Origin: the human T2T-CHM13v2.0 reference genome, Homo sapiens
Length of the DNA: 64,000 nt
Direction: 5' to 3' (one strand)
Assembly (NCBI RefSeq): GCF_009914755.1
Contig: NC_060926.1
The notes below the pieces were generated by a model. It was not told the DNA's origin. It saw only the letters and a list, made by a program, of their open reading frames with translations, and searched no databases. Shown piece by piece: positions 28,060 through 41,971 of the stretch; positions within the stretch are counted from its first letter, which is position 1; each line of letters begins with the position of its first letter. The translations under genes and the position numbers were made by a program.

Positions 28060-31000
28060 ATTCTTCTTGCTAAGAATAACTAAAATCACTGGAGATTATA
28101 TAAAAAAACCAACATAAGAAGATTCTGAGTAGTGAAGAGAATGAAGCACACCAAGAAGGGACTTTGGGACCCAAGGAACAATACCAATGAGTTCCCTGGG
28201 CTTCCTTTTGCATTATACATCCCTGACTTGGAGTTGAAAAGCCAGCAACCCAGAACAGCAAACAGATGCAGATTTTAAAAACCACAAAGGCCAGGCACGG
28301 TAGCTCACACCCATAATCCCAGCACTTTGGGAGGCTGAGGTGGGTGGATCACCTGAGGTCAGTCATTTGAGACCAGCCTGGCCAACATGGCGAAACCCCA
28401 TCTCTACTAAAAATACAAAAAAATTAACTGGGCGTGGTGCCACATGCCTGTAGTCCCAGCTACTCCGGAGGCTGAGGCAGGAGAATCGCTTGAATCCCGG
28501 GAGGCGGAGGTTGCAGTGAGCCGAGAATATGCCATTGCACTCCAGCCTGGGCAAAAACAAACAAACAAAAAACCAAAACCAAAAACAAACAAAAACACCA
28601 CACATACATACAACAGCAACAACAAAAGAAACACAAAATACCCTCCTGCTTTCTCTACTCAAAGCACCAGAAATGGGGTCATTCAAGAAAGACAGAAATA
28701 TTTTACACAGTAACCACTGCATGCGCAAGTCAAACATGAAAGAAAAGCTCAGGCTAGCAAAGGCCACCTGCAGCCTAGATGTCTACCCTGGCCAGTCTGT
28801 AATAAGACAGCCAACGCCCCTTTCTGGTACTATGTGTGTCATCAGACAAGGCCAAGTAGGGACATTACTGCCCACTCCCCTTCCTGCCATGGTGTTAGTG
28901 GAGACCACAGGGAGAGATTGGTTTTCTGTCCCCAACCAGCAGCAAGAACACTGCTTCCCTGCCCTAGTGGGATAGTGTCAGAGGAAGCCTAGTGGAAACT
29001 CAGGACTTTAGTAACAACACACAGGTAACAAGGCCACCTACTTCTATGGTGCCAGTGGACGCCAGGTGGGGAGCTGGGTCATTGCTACCTCTCTCAGCCA
29101 AGGATATACCAGGGCAGGCCTAGAGGCAAGCTAGCACCCCACACCCAACCAACAGCAAACATGAGCCTCCTGAACTCAGGTAGCTGTAAAGACCAGGTGG
29201 GGAACCTGGAATTCCACTCCCACCTGGGGGTAATGAGGTAGTTAGCCCCTTTCCTCCTCACAGGGGCTTATCTAAGATCCAGAGACTCCTGAGTTTTATC
29301 AACAATGTCCAGGTCACTTATGATATTGGGAGCCAGGAATATCTCAAAAACTTGAGAAGAGACAATCAATATATCAACACCAAGATAATAGAGATGTTAA
29401 AAATATCTAAGATTTTAAAGCAAACATGATAGGGGTGCTCCAAAGAGAAATTATAAGTATTTGGAAAACAAATTAAAGAGTAAAAATCCTCAGCCAAAAA
29501 AAAAAAAAAAATAGGAAGTCTCACCCAGAAACCAAAGTTATAAAGAAAATCCAAAGGGATATTTTAGAACTGAAAAACACAGTAGCCAAAATAAAAAGTT
29601 AAGTGGATGGTATCAACAGCAGAATGGAAGGGGCAGAGAGAAGAATCCATAAACTAGAAGACAGAGAAGTAGAGATTACTTACTTAGAAGAGAGAAAATA
29701 GATTGTAAAAATTAAAAGCCTAAAGAATTTGTGGTACTATCACAAACATCTAATCCTATCATAAGAATTACAGAAGAGGAGAAAGAGGATAAGTCCGAAA
29801 ACGTACTTGAAGAAATACTGGATGAAAACCTCCCAAGTATGGAAAAAGAGAAATAAACTACAAATTAATGAGGCTAAGTGACTCTAATGGACTTAAAGAA
29901 ATCCACACCAAGGTAAATCATACTTAAAGTTTTAAAAACTAAAGCAAAGAAAAAATCTTTAAATTAGACGGAGAAAAATGACAACTAACCTATAAAGGAG
30001 AAATAATCACTCATGCATACAGGTGCAAAAATCCTTCTAAAACTGTAGAATTCATCAATCAATAAAAAGAAGTACACACTGTGTCCAAGTGTGGGATGCA
30101 AACCTGGTACAGTATTTGAAAATCAGTCAATGCAATTCATCATATTAGCATGCTAAAGAATAAAAACTATATCATCATAGCGATTGATACAGAAAATCAT
30201 TTGACACAATTCAACAATCATAAAAACTCTCCGAAAATAGGAATAGAAGAAAACTTTTTCAACTTGATAAACAGCATGTACAAATAACCTGTAGCTAACA
30301 CGGTACTTAATGGTGAGAGACTGAATGCTTTCCCCCTTACGTTAGGAACAAGGCAAGGATGTTGTCAACTCTCATAACAATCAACTTACTGCTGTAAGTT
30401 CTAGTCAGTGCTATAAAGCAATAATGAATAAAAATAAAAGGCCACTTGATTGCAAAGGAATAAATAAAATTATTTCTACTTGAGTTGCCATGATTGTCTA
30501 CATATAAAATCCCAAGAAATGTGCAAAAATCTCATTGAATTAATAAGTAATTTCAGCAAAGTTGCAGTTTACTACATCACCATATAAAATTAATTTAGCA
30601 TAGACATTAGTAATGGAAACATGGAGACGAACTTTAAATAAAATATCATTTAAATCACTGAAAAACATGAGAAAATTTGGTATACATTTAACAAATCATG
30701 TATAGGACTTGTATGTTGAAAAATAGAAAAATGTTGATGAAATAAATCAATGAAGATCTAAATAAATGGAGAAGCATAATATGATCATGGATTGGACGAC
30801 TTAAAATAGTGAAGGTGTCATTATCCCCAAATTAATATACTAGTTAAAGATAATTTCTATGAAAACCCAAGATTCTTTCTGTAGATATGAGCGAGACTAT
30901 TCTAAAATTTATACTGAGAGACAAAAAAACTAAAACAGCATAAGGAATTTTTAAAAAATAAGAATAAAGTGGAAGTAATAAGTCTACCCAATGTTAAGAT

Positions 31001-32755
31001 CTCTTCTATAGCTACAGTGTCAAGACTGTGCCATCCTGAAAGAGGGATAGGCCCATAGATAATCCTATGAGGCATACGTGAATTAGAGGTGTGTTACTTA
31101 ATTGCCAAATGTTTGCAGAATTTTGGACTATCTTTCAGTTATTTATTTCTAGTTTAATTCTATTGTGATCTGAGAACATAGTTTGTAAGCTTTCTCTTCT
31201 TTTAAATGTGTTAAGGTAGGGTATAGAACCTGGAATAAAGTGCAGCTTGGTGGGTATTTCATGTGAGCTTAAAAAGAATGTGCATTCTGCTGTTGCTATG
31301 GAGTATTTTATAAATGTCAGTTATATAATGTTGATTAATACTGCTGTTTGGGTTCCAACTTTTTTTTTACGTAAGTGAAAAAGGAACTCAAAAAGGAAAA
31401 ATAGACTTTTCGACAAATGTAGCTAGAGCAATGGAACATCACGTAGACAAAGAAAAATGAAGCGTGACCCAAACCTTACACTGTGTATAAAAATTAAAGT
31501 GCACCATGGACTTAAATATAAAATTGTAACTTATAAAATGTTTAGAAAAAAACACAGAAAGTCTTGCAACCTATATGTATGACTAAGCCAAGGAGTCTTT
31601 CACTTGGTACCAAAAGCACAGTTCATAGAAGGAAAGGATGATAAATGAGACTTCATCAAAATTAAATATTTTGCTTTTTGGAAGACTGTTAAGAAAACAA
31701 AAAGACAAGCTACGGCTGGGTTAAAATAGAGTAAAACACATACCTGGCAAAAGGACTAGTATCTAGGATATATAGAAAACTTATGAGACTCGACTTTAAG
31801 GAAATAAATGATCTAATTATTAATACATGGGCAAAAGATTAAAAGAGAGATTTTACCAGAGGATATACAGATGGCAAATAAGTATAAGAAAATATATTTT
31901 TCATCATTAGTCATCAGGAAAAAACAAATTAAAGCCACACTGAGATATCACTGCACACCTCTCAGAATTTCTAAAATATAAAAAGATGACAATGCCAAAT
32001 ATTGGCAAGAATTAAGAGAAACTGTATTGCCCATATATTGTTCGCATGAATGTAAAATGGTACAGTTACTTGAAAAATGTTGAGCAGTTTCTTAAATGGC
32101 TAAATGAGCAACTACCATATGACCCAACAAATGGACTGATGAGCATTTATTCCAGAGAAATGAAGACTTATAATTACTAACAACCTGCACCAAAACTTAT
32201 TGCAGCTTTATTTGCTATAACTCCCAAACAGAAAAAACCCAGATGTCATTCTTGACGTGAATGGTTAAACGAACTGTAATATATCAATACTATGATATAA
32301 TACTTAGCACTGAAAAAGAGTAGACTATTAAAACATTCAACAACCTAAGTAAATCTTCAAAGAATTATGCGGAGAGGAAGAAGCCAATCTCAAAGGTTAT
32401 ATACTATACGATTCCCTTTATACCCTGTGTGTATATCACACATGCTATTGATTCCATTTATACCCTTGAAATGCCAAAGTAATAAAAATGGAGAACAGAT
32501 TAGGGATTAATGAGTGAGTGGGGGCAGAAGAAATGTGGGTGTGGCTATTAAGAGGCAGCATTGGCGGTCTTTGTAGAGATACAATGTTCTGTACCTTGAC
32601 TGTATCAATGTTGATGTCCTGGTTGTCACATCTTACTATAGAATTGTGAGATGTTTTATGAAACTGGGTGAAGGGCATACAAGATCCCCATATTATTTCT
32701 TACAACTGTTTGTAAATCTATAATAAACTTCAAATTAAAAGTGTAATAAAAATTA
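28060..32755 (+). mobile_element. Large rearranged L1MD/MC-class element (5' region, ORF1, partial ORF2, 3'UTR)
   Basis: A-rich ORF1/ORF2-like sequence with a 3'UTR 'cttgactgtatcaatgttgatgtcctggttgt..tattatttcttacaactg'. An antisense EN-region piece lies at ~31080-31355. Confidence 0.75.
28289..28640 (+). mobile_element. AluS (Sq/Sp-like) with AC-rich tail
   Basis: Dimeric Alu with 'gccattgcactccagcctgggcaa', followed by an (AAAC)n-like tail. Confidence 0.9.
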
Positions 32756-33549
32756 AAGAAGCTATTCACACCTACCTTCTCATTCACACAGCTCTATAAT
32801 CTAGACACAGATTAAATATACTTTCTTTATTGTTTTATTTGTAATTGATATAATTATATTAACATGATAAAATTTAATATTTTGATATATATGGTTCATA
32901 TATTGTGGTATGATCATATCAAGCTAAGTATAAAAATATACTTTCCTAATTTATATTCCTTTCTTAGTGTTTAATGGCAAATTCAGTTCATTACCATTTT
33001 GGCTACCTGCTGATTACACAAACAGAACTGTTTAGGGCCATTCTTACATCACATTCTTACATCAACAGAGGTGTGAAGTTTGCTTTTTGCCTAAAATTAA
33101 AAACCAAAATATACCACATATTCTAGTAACACTATGGTTGTTAGGCTAAAACTAGCTCAAGAAATTTAAAGGTTTTATATAAACTGTATATTTCCATGTA
33201 AATATCAATTAGGTTCACCTAATACAATTCATCAAACTTTTTTAATTGCCCACTGATTGCCAGAAACTCATGATATAATGGTAAATGACATGGGTTCTGT
33301 GTACTCAAGACACAGTACTGTGGGAAGAGAATTAGGCATACAACACAGACACGTGGATGAGGTACAAAAATGCATAGAGAGACATTATCAGCTTCCTGAG
33401 AAGGGGCAGGGGAGGCTTTAGTAAAGCAGGCCTATCTGGGCTGCATCATTAAGAATGACTTAGAAATGTCCTCTGTGAACACGGAGGGGAACCGAATTTT
33501 AGGAGAAATGGATGTCATTTGGAAATTCACAAAAGTATGAAGCAGCATA

Positions 33550-34530
33550 TCAGTGATGATGACAGTGACAGTGATAGTAGTGGCAGTGGTGGTGGCAGTG
33601 ATAATGGTAGAGGACAGTGAGGGTCACTAGTGATGGTGGCGTGGTGGCGGTACTGGTTTTGGTGGCAATGTTGTGGGTGGTTGATGGTGGCGGTAGTTGG
33701 TGAAGGCAAGATTGTGGGTTGTGGCAACATTGGTGGTATTGGTGGTGGTGAAGGTAACGCTGGTGTTAGCGATATTGTCGTGGTAGTGGCAGAGTCAGTG
33801 ATAGTATCAGTGGTGATTGCAGTGGTGATTGTGGTGGTGGTGGTGGCAGTGGTGAAAATGAGGAGGATGGAAGTAGCGACAGGGATGGCCGTGATCTTGG
33901 CAGTAGCAGTGGTGGTGGTTGCAACAGCAACTTGGTAGCAGTTGTTGTACTTGGTAGCAGTGGTGGTGGCCATGTTGGTGGGGTTGGTGGTAGTGACAGT
34001 TTTGTTGGAGGTGTTGATAATGGTGTTGGAGATAACAGAAAAGCGTTGCTGTGATTGCTATTTGTGGTGGTGTTAGTAGGATTCATGGTGATATTGGTGT
34101 TTGTTAATAGTATGGTTGGTTCTGGCAGTGGTGGTGACAATGTTGATAGTAGTGGTGGTGATGGTGGTTGTAGCAATGTTGTTGCTGGTTCTGGTGCCGG
34201 TGGTAGTAGTGGCAATGTTGATGTTGTTGCTGGTGGTAGTGGCAATGTTGATGTTGTTGCTGGTGGTGGTGGCAATGTTGATGTTGTGGTGGTGTTGTCA
34301 GTGGCAATGTTGTTAGTAATGGTGGTAGTGGGCAGCAATATTGGTCGTGGTGGTGGCAATGTTGATGTTGTGGTAGTGGTGGTAGCAATGTTGACGTGGT
34401 TGTTGTTGGTGGTGGCAATCTTGATGTTAACGGTGGTGATGATGGTGGCAATGTTGTTGCTGTTGGTAGTTGGTGGTGGCAGTGTTGTTAGTGATGGTGA
34501 AAATGGTGGTGGTGGTAGTGGTGGTAGGAA
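33550..34530. repeat. Degenerate (GGT/GTT/GAT)n triplet-periodic region with a 30-bp higher-order unit
   Basis: About 1 kb of GT-rich triplets. Unit tggt(a/g)gt(a/g)gtggcaatgttgatgttgttgc starts at 34201, 34231 and (diverged) 34261. Confidence 0.9.
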
Positions 34531-37500
34531 TGGAGATATACATAAACTGGGAAATAACTTAGGACCAGACTGACATTCTCTAATATGGTTACAGAATGGA
34601 GGTTGTGGACAGCCAGGGGCTAACAGGTATGTTCCTAGGAAATGTCTTTAAAAGGACAGAATTGAAAGTGTGTGTGGTGGGGGTGAGTGGAATAGCGAAG
34701 ATCAACAGTTTCTTACAATTTCAACAATATTCTCTATAAGAGTGATTGTATGTCTGAAGGCTTATCCAACTGTAAAATCTTGCTGCTATCTTTCTCCATT
34801 TCTGCCCTTCAGTCAGGATGTGACCTTCAGCACATGATTTCAGCTCATTGCCTACATGTTCTCATTCCTCAAATTAAAGCATCTGCCTCACTAATAATTC
34901 TCTTAGAAAGGATGACTACTCTTGTGCTCAAAGGAGACAAAAAGGCACACACTTTCATTATCAAGATAAAATACAAAGGGACTTCTCTTTTGGAAAATCA
35001 GGCTGACAAGAACTGTGGGCTGAAGGTCCCAAGGCTGCCGCAAAGAGGAGGAACCGGGTGTCTGTGGGCTGAAGGAAGAAAAGACAGTGCAATGTTTGGA
35101 AGTCCCTTACTATTTAAGGATTAAAAGTGGGAGAGAAAAAGAGCAAACAGATTCAGAGTGGTGTTATTAAGAGATCTTGGGAAGAAGAGAAAGCTAAAGT
35201 TGCCTGTTATTTAAAAACATAAAGAACAAAGGAAGAAGTAACTGAAAAGAATGATTATTTACATCACGACCATGCTCTTTTCAAATTGCTTTTGCAAGCA
35301 CCATTATTCCTGAAAATGGCTTGCAAGTAGGATAGGTATGTAGAGAATATAAATTCAGGAACCTGAAGAAACTTGTCTAGTGGTACAGAGCTAGTTGATG
35401 GTAGAGCTTAAGTTAAAAGTCTTGGCACATTGGAAAGAGCACAGACGGGTCGTTAGAGTTCTTAGGACACACTCCTGACTACCTACCTTTCAATTTCTTC
35501 ACCAGAGAAGCTCACTTCTGAAGCAAGGGCAGGGTCCACCACAGACTTCTCTTCCTCGTACACTCAGAGAGCGGCATGAGGATGAAGCATCCCCTGGAAG
35601 CAGGGGTCTCACCTCCCAGCCTTCCCCAGAATGCTGCAGTAGTAGTAGAGGGGAAGAGAGACCAGGCCTCCAGACATACAACCAGAGAAGGTTGAGGGGG
35701 AAAAGAAGAAGTGGGATGAGCTGGTGTCTTCATCACTCCTTGCAGTGCAGCCAAGACTTGTCTGAAGACAAATGTTTTTCAAATAACAGAGTGGCAATAA
35801 ATAACCACTTAATTTTTCTTTTTGTCATTAGTTTTTTTTTCTCCTTAACTTCAGAAGAACATTTTAGAAAACTCGTATCTTCTGCAGTGATGAAGCATTT
35901 AGCTAATTGTTAATTGTTCCTTCCTGTTAATTTTTGATTTAACACTGTTTAAACTTAAAATGATATGTTCACATGAGTTCGTTTTTATTAAATATTATCC
36001 ATCTAACTTTTTCATTGAGTGACATCTGGAGTGATGTTTAATAAATTTTAATTACAATTAATGCTGGACCAGGGTACTTGGATTAATAATTTGTTTTTAC
36101 TTCTCCATGTTGCTGCAATTTTTAACCGAAAAATAAAGTCATCAATATTTAAAACAAAACAGTAAGATAATCCCTAAAATAATAAGGCAAGACAGGAATG
36201 TAGCAAATTACAAGATAGAAAGCATAGGTTTTATTTAAAGGTCAATTTAGCAAAAGTAAAAAAAGGAACAAGGGGAAAATAAATAGAATGGATTTCAATT
36301 GGCAACTATGGAATGAGGTGGAGAAAACATATCTAATCATATCCATTATAAAATGAAGTTTACTGAATTGCCTTTAAAAAGATATAGGAACTTGTATTTA
36401 ACTTCAAAACAAAACAAAGTGAAAAAATAAGAGGAGGTTTGTAAGAAAGTGATAAAGATTTATTGACAAGTAGAAACAAAGGAGCAGTGGTTCAATATCA
36501 CCATCAGACAATGTGCTCAGGGCCATAGCCACCAAGAAGACCTGAGTCATTGATTTTACTACCTCATAATGAAATTCAAAACATTTAAATAATAAACAAA
36601 CTATTAGAGTACAGGTTCTGGAAAAATGGAGTAGATGTACTTATCCTTATTCCTTCAATAAGAAAACAAGTAAAAATCCTGAAGCCTGTACAATACAAAC
36701 CTAAGAATACTCTAAAATGTAGAAAGTAGAAGGACAATTCACTGGGGACCTCAGGATGCAAAGAGTAGTGGGGTGGAGCTGGGTGGAGAAACTGGACTCC
36801 TCCCCATACGGCAGTAACAAGAAGCAGTTTGTTCCCCCAGTGGAGCGGCATCATTAGAGGCCTGCTGAAGCAAAAGGCTTAGATAAGATCCAGCGTCTTA
36901 TAACATCATACCAAAAATTCCAGGTTATAATTGAAAATCACTTGTCATACCAAGAAACTGGAAGTTCTTTAAGAGACAATAGACACCAACAGTGAAAACA
37001 CACAGATGTTAGAATTATCTGACCAAAATTTTTAAGCAATCATCATAAAAAAGACTTCAGTGAGCAATTGAAAACACACTTGAAACAAATTAAAAATTAA
37101 AAATCATCAGAAAAAATAGCCTCAGCAAACAGATAATATAAAGAAGAACCAAATTAAAGTTTTAGAACTGAAATATGCAGTAACTGAAATATAACCTCAA
37201 TGGAGAAAGGCACAGCAGCAGAATGTAGTTGACAGGGGAAACTTGGAGATAGAGCAAGAGGAATTACCCAGTCTGAACAAACACCTAAAAACATCGTGGA
37301 TGAAATAAACAGAGCCTCTTCATCCTGGGATGAAAACCTAGGACCTGTGGGGCTATAAAGTAAAATACCTAATATTTGTATCATTGGAGGTCCAGAAAAA
37401 AAAGAAGCAAATGGAGCTGAAGAAGAATTTGAATAAATAATGGCTGAAATTTTCCTAAATTTGACAAAATATAAGATCCAAGAATCACAGCACACTTCAG

Positions 37501-38165
37501 AAAGTATAAACTCAAAGAAATCCATACCATGACACATTGTAGTAAAACTTCTTTAATGTGTACAGAGAGGGAGACTGCCTAACAATGAAGATTAATTCAC
37601 CAAGAAGACATAGCAATCCTCAAAGTGTATATGCACCAAACTACAAAGCTTAAAAATATGCAAAGTAAAAACTGAGAAACAAAAGGAGAAAGTCAAATCC
37701 ACAATTAATTGGATACTTCAACATCTCTCAACAATTGACAGACCAAACTGACAGAAAATCAGCACATATATAGAACTCAATAACAACATTAACCAAAAGG
37801 AACTTATGAACGTTTACAGAATACTCCACCCAACAAAATCAGAGTATACTTTCTTTTCAATAGTCTATTGATCATAGAACAAATATAGACAGTATAATGG
37901 GTCACAATAAAAAACCCTTACAAGTTAAAAAATTGAAATCATATGGAGTTTTTTGACGATCAACGTAGAAACCAATAATAGAACAGTAACAGAATAATGT
38001 CAAATAATTAGAAAGTAAACAACACACTTCTAAATAATGTATGTCTCAAAGAGGAAGTATCAAAGGCAAAAATACATGGACATAAAACAAAAGACAAGCT
38101 ATAAAAATTGGGAAATCACAACTGATGCAATGCTAGTGGGAAATTTACAGTGCCAAATATTTACA

Positions 38166-39639
38166 TGTTTTATACACCAGTCCAAGGCTTGCCAGTGGCC
38201 TGATCAAATGGCCAGGCCACTAGCGGCAACCTATGAATCTGGTAGGTTCAGAGTTCTCCACGTGCGGCAGGAACATGGACATAACTGCAGCAATTTCCAT
38301 TGCAGCATGGGAGTGAAGGCTAGCAGTGGTGCACACAGACAATAAACCAATACCAATGATCAAATCCATACCAACTCCGTGGTGGGAGCTATGAAAATAG
38401 AGGTTTGTCAGGCCCCAAATGTGCCTGCCCATACCCCAGTTTGGTGACTCAAAACCAGAGAGCTGTTTCCCCTTGTCTTGGGGACGGGGTTGTGTTGACC
38501 ACAGTTACCTGTGCACCAATAGCTAAAGGGCTCAAGAAGTGCAACTTTCCCATTTCCCCATTAATTCTAACCCTGACATAGGATCTCCTGTCTCCCCAGG
38601 GGACAGAGGAACATTGGGTTGATCGACACCTAGTCTTCTTCATTTCTGAAAGTAAAGAAGTTTGGGCAAAAGCAGGTGGGCACTCTGACCTGCCCCCAAG
38701 ACCACAGGGATGGGCAGAAGGGACAGACCCTGCATCAGTCACGGGGGCTGCCAAAGGCCAGTTCTGGCCTCACCTGTCAGGATTTGAGCACGTGCTTTCC
38801 GAGGTGGGAAGGGGTGTGGGGAGCCAGTGGGCAGAGGACCAGGGTGTGGACAGCTGTTCCTCAGTCAGGACTGCCAGGGTGGTGCAAGACGGTCGCTCAG
38901 AAGGCCACGGTGGCGGTTGGTTGCGTTTTGTTCTCCTGGCAGAGGCTGCTGTCAGCGCACTGTGAAGGGTTTGCAGTGGCGCATCCCACATCATGCACTC
39001 TTCCTTGCTAACTTTAGCAGGATTGCCTCTGGAGGGGACTAACTCTAATGGGCAGCTGAGCAAAGTGACCAAAGGGCTCCATAGTCTATTTCTTGTGAAA
39101 TTTTAACAATTTGCTGCATTAAAAGGTGTTTATAGGTTCCAGGGCCTGCTTAGAGTGACTCAACTTATAAGAGCCTCCAACAATCTTGGGTCCCATTGTC
39201 AGAGTGCCATAAGCTGTGGCTGGAAGCTGCTTCCCTAGCCTTCTCTGAACCCCTCTACTGGATCCCTGATCTGGCCCACTAGGGGAGATTAACCGGGGAA
39301 CTGGGGCTAAAATACCTAACCCCCATCTCAGAGCCAAAAGGCTTATATAAACAATCTGCTGGCATCCTCCAAAAATGCCATGGCTTCTGCTAGGATGGCA
39401 TGAGACCCTAAGACCCATTGGCCTGGCTGGCAAAGTGCCCCAAGGGATCCTCTAGCACCTTCCAAGACCCACTGGCAAAACAATCTGTGGGACTCTCAAA
39501 CTTTCGCAAAGGATCAACCCTCTAGAGCGCCCCGTGTTCTCTACTAGAGCCTCCCAAAGCTGCCCATGGAATCCTCAGGCTTTTTGCTCTTCCAGAATGG
39601 TATTGTGCTTAACTGGCTACTCTGCTTAATGTGCCACTT
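38166..39639 (-). pseudogene. Decayed ERVL-class internal sequence (leader/gag-pro remnant)
   Basis: Minus-strand translation GDRRSYVRVRI...FLSPLAIGAQVTVV resembles the retroviral protease LDTGAQxT motif. Downstream DLIIGIGLL resembles IIGxDLL. The region directly follows an LTR and PBS. Confidence 0.65.
39619..39636 (-). promoter_or_regulatory. Retroviral primer-binding site, tRNA-Ser-like
   Basis: Minus strand TGGCACATTAAGCAGAGT lies 3 nt inside the LTR's CA end. It matches 13/18 to the recalled tRNA-Ser(TGA) PBS TGGCGCAGCGAGCAGGGT, with three mismatches at CpG positions. Confidence 0.55.
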
Positions 39640-40268
39640 TGTCAGGGGCTGAGCTGAGCTGGAGAGAGCTGAGAAGCCAGGTATCAGAGCAGCCAATTAG
39701 GACAACACACAAGTGAAATTAACAGCCAAGTGTTGGACCATGCACGGTGACAGTGTAAGCAACAGACTAAATTGGAGAAAGCACAGCTACCGCCTGTTCT
39801 ATTGTCCCCAAAAGAAAGTTGCCAGTCAAGGGTGGCATCAGTTTTCTATCAGACATGAGGACTGTCTCCCTGCCAAGGGTATCCCAAACAAAAGGTTCCT
39901 GCATTTTACAGGCCTGGGGGCCTGGAGAAGAAAGAGGTGGAAAACCTAGGAGTGGAAAAGTACTTCGTACTGACTCAGAGGAGAGAATAAGTGTCCTCAA
40001 GATGCACCCTTCCTTCCCTTATAAGGAAATCTCAGCAGAAGCCCCAGAATCAGAGGCTTCTAAGTGGAAGCACCCAGGTTAGGGATGCACACCTGTGTAA
40101 GAGCAGTGCCAGCCAGATACTCCTTGGCTGCAACTCCCTTTGGGGACTGCAATGCACTGGCATACTCCAGGCTCTGGTGTGGGGAGGGCAGGTAAAGCCT
40201 TTGTAATGGCCTGCGGTCAGGCCTGAAAAGTCACGCACAGATCATTTAACCAGGAGCTGGACTCCTCA
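39640..40268 (-). mobile_element. ERVL 5' LTR (MER54/MER74-group-like)
   Basis: The minus strand reads TGAGGAGTCCAGCTCCTGGTTAAATGATC ... CAGCTCAGCCCCTGACA (TG..CA, 629 bp) and is followed by a PBS. Confidence 0.65.
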
Positions 40269-41638
40269 TGAGAAAAAAGCAATGTAAACCGAAAACAAGG
40301 AGAAAGAGAGAAGTAACAAGGATAGAGCAAATCAATTAAAATTAAAATTAAAACAGGAAACAACATGGAAATCAATGAATTAAAGTGCTAATTCTTAGAA
40401 AAGATCACTAAAATTGAAAAGCTTATAGCAATTGAGACGATGATAAACGGAGAAAAGATACAAATTACCAACATCAGGAAGGAAACAGGTGATAACTATC
40501 ACAACTCACCCAATAAAATTATTTAAACAGCTCTATAACTGTCAAGACAATTGAATGTAAAATTAAAATATTTTTCAGAAAAAAAATCTATATGGTTTTA
40601 TAAAACAAAATATACCAAATATTCAAACAATTAACACCAAATCTACATAAATCTCTTCTAGAAAATAAGAGATATCACTTCCCAATGTATTCTATGTAGC
40701 CAGTAGTACACTGGTAGCAAAATCAGATAAAGATTAGGGGAAAAAAAAAGGACAGAGGAAAACACACACCAATATTTCTTTTGAATTTATGTGCAAAAAT
40801 CTTCAGCAAAATAATAGAAAACCTAATGAAACAATGTGAAAAAAATATAACACACCGTGACCAAGTAAGTTGAATTTCAGGGATGCAAGGCTGATTCAGC
40901 ATTCAGAAATCAAACACTGTGATCCCCCATATCCACAGGCTAAAAGGAGAGCTATCCTACGATCATATCAATTCATGCACAGGAGCATTTTACAAAATCT
41001 AACACCCATTTATGATTGTAGCAACTCTCAGCAAACTGGGAATAGAGGGGAATATCCTTAATGAAGACAATCTACAGAAGAACTACAACTTGCATCATGT
41101 TTCATGGTGAAGATTAAATGCACTTTCCACATTAAATTGAGAACAAGCCAAGGATCTCTGCTATCAATCAATGAGTTAAAGTATTAGTTCTCACTGCTGC
41201 CATTCAACATAATCCTGGGAGTCCTTGCCAGCACAATATGGCAGGAAAAGGAAATAGAAGCCATGCAGTTTGGAAAAGAAAAAAATTAAATTTTCCTATT
41301 TGCACATGACCTGATAGTCTAATAGAAAATCCAAGCAATTCTAGAAACTCATGGAACTAATAAGGGAGTTCAGTAAGTTTGTAAGACACAAAGTCAAAAA
41401 TATCAAAATCAACTGTAGTTTTATATACTCATGATGAACAGGTTGAAACAAATTAAAAATATAATACAGTTTATACTTGCTCAATAAAATAAATATTTAG
41501 GTATAAGTGTATCAAAACATATAGAGGACTTACAACCTGAAAAGTATAATACTGATGAAACTAATCACATAAGATTTAAAAAATGAAGAGATATCTGTGT
41601 TCATATTAATTGAAATTTATTAAAATTAAAACTTTTTA

Positions 41639-41971
<333 letters not shown>

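Noticed and set aside
33527-34573. Mucin-like Pro/Thr-rich ORFs as a real CDS
   Set aside because: Explained by triplet-periodic low complexity. There is no signal peptide, domain or convincing splice context, and several frames are open at once.
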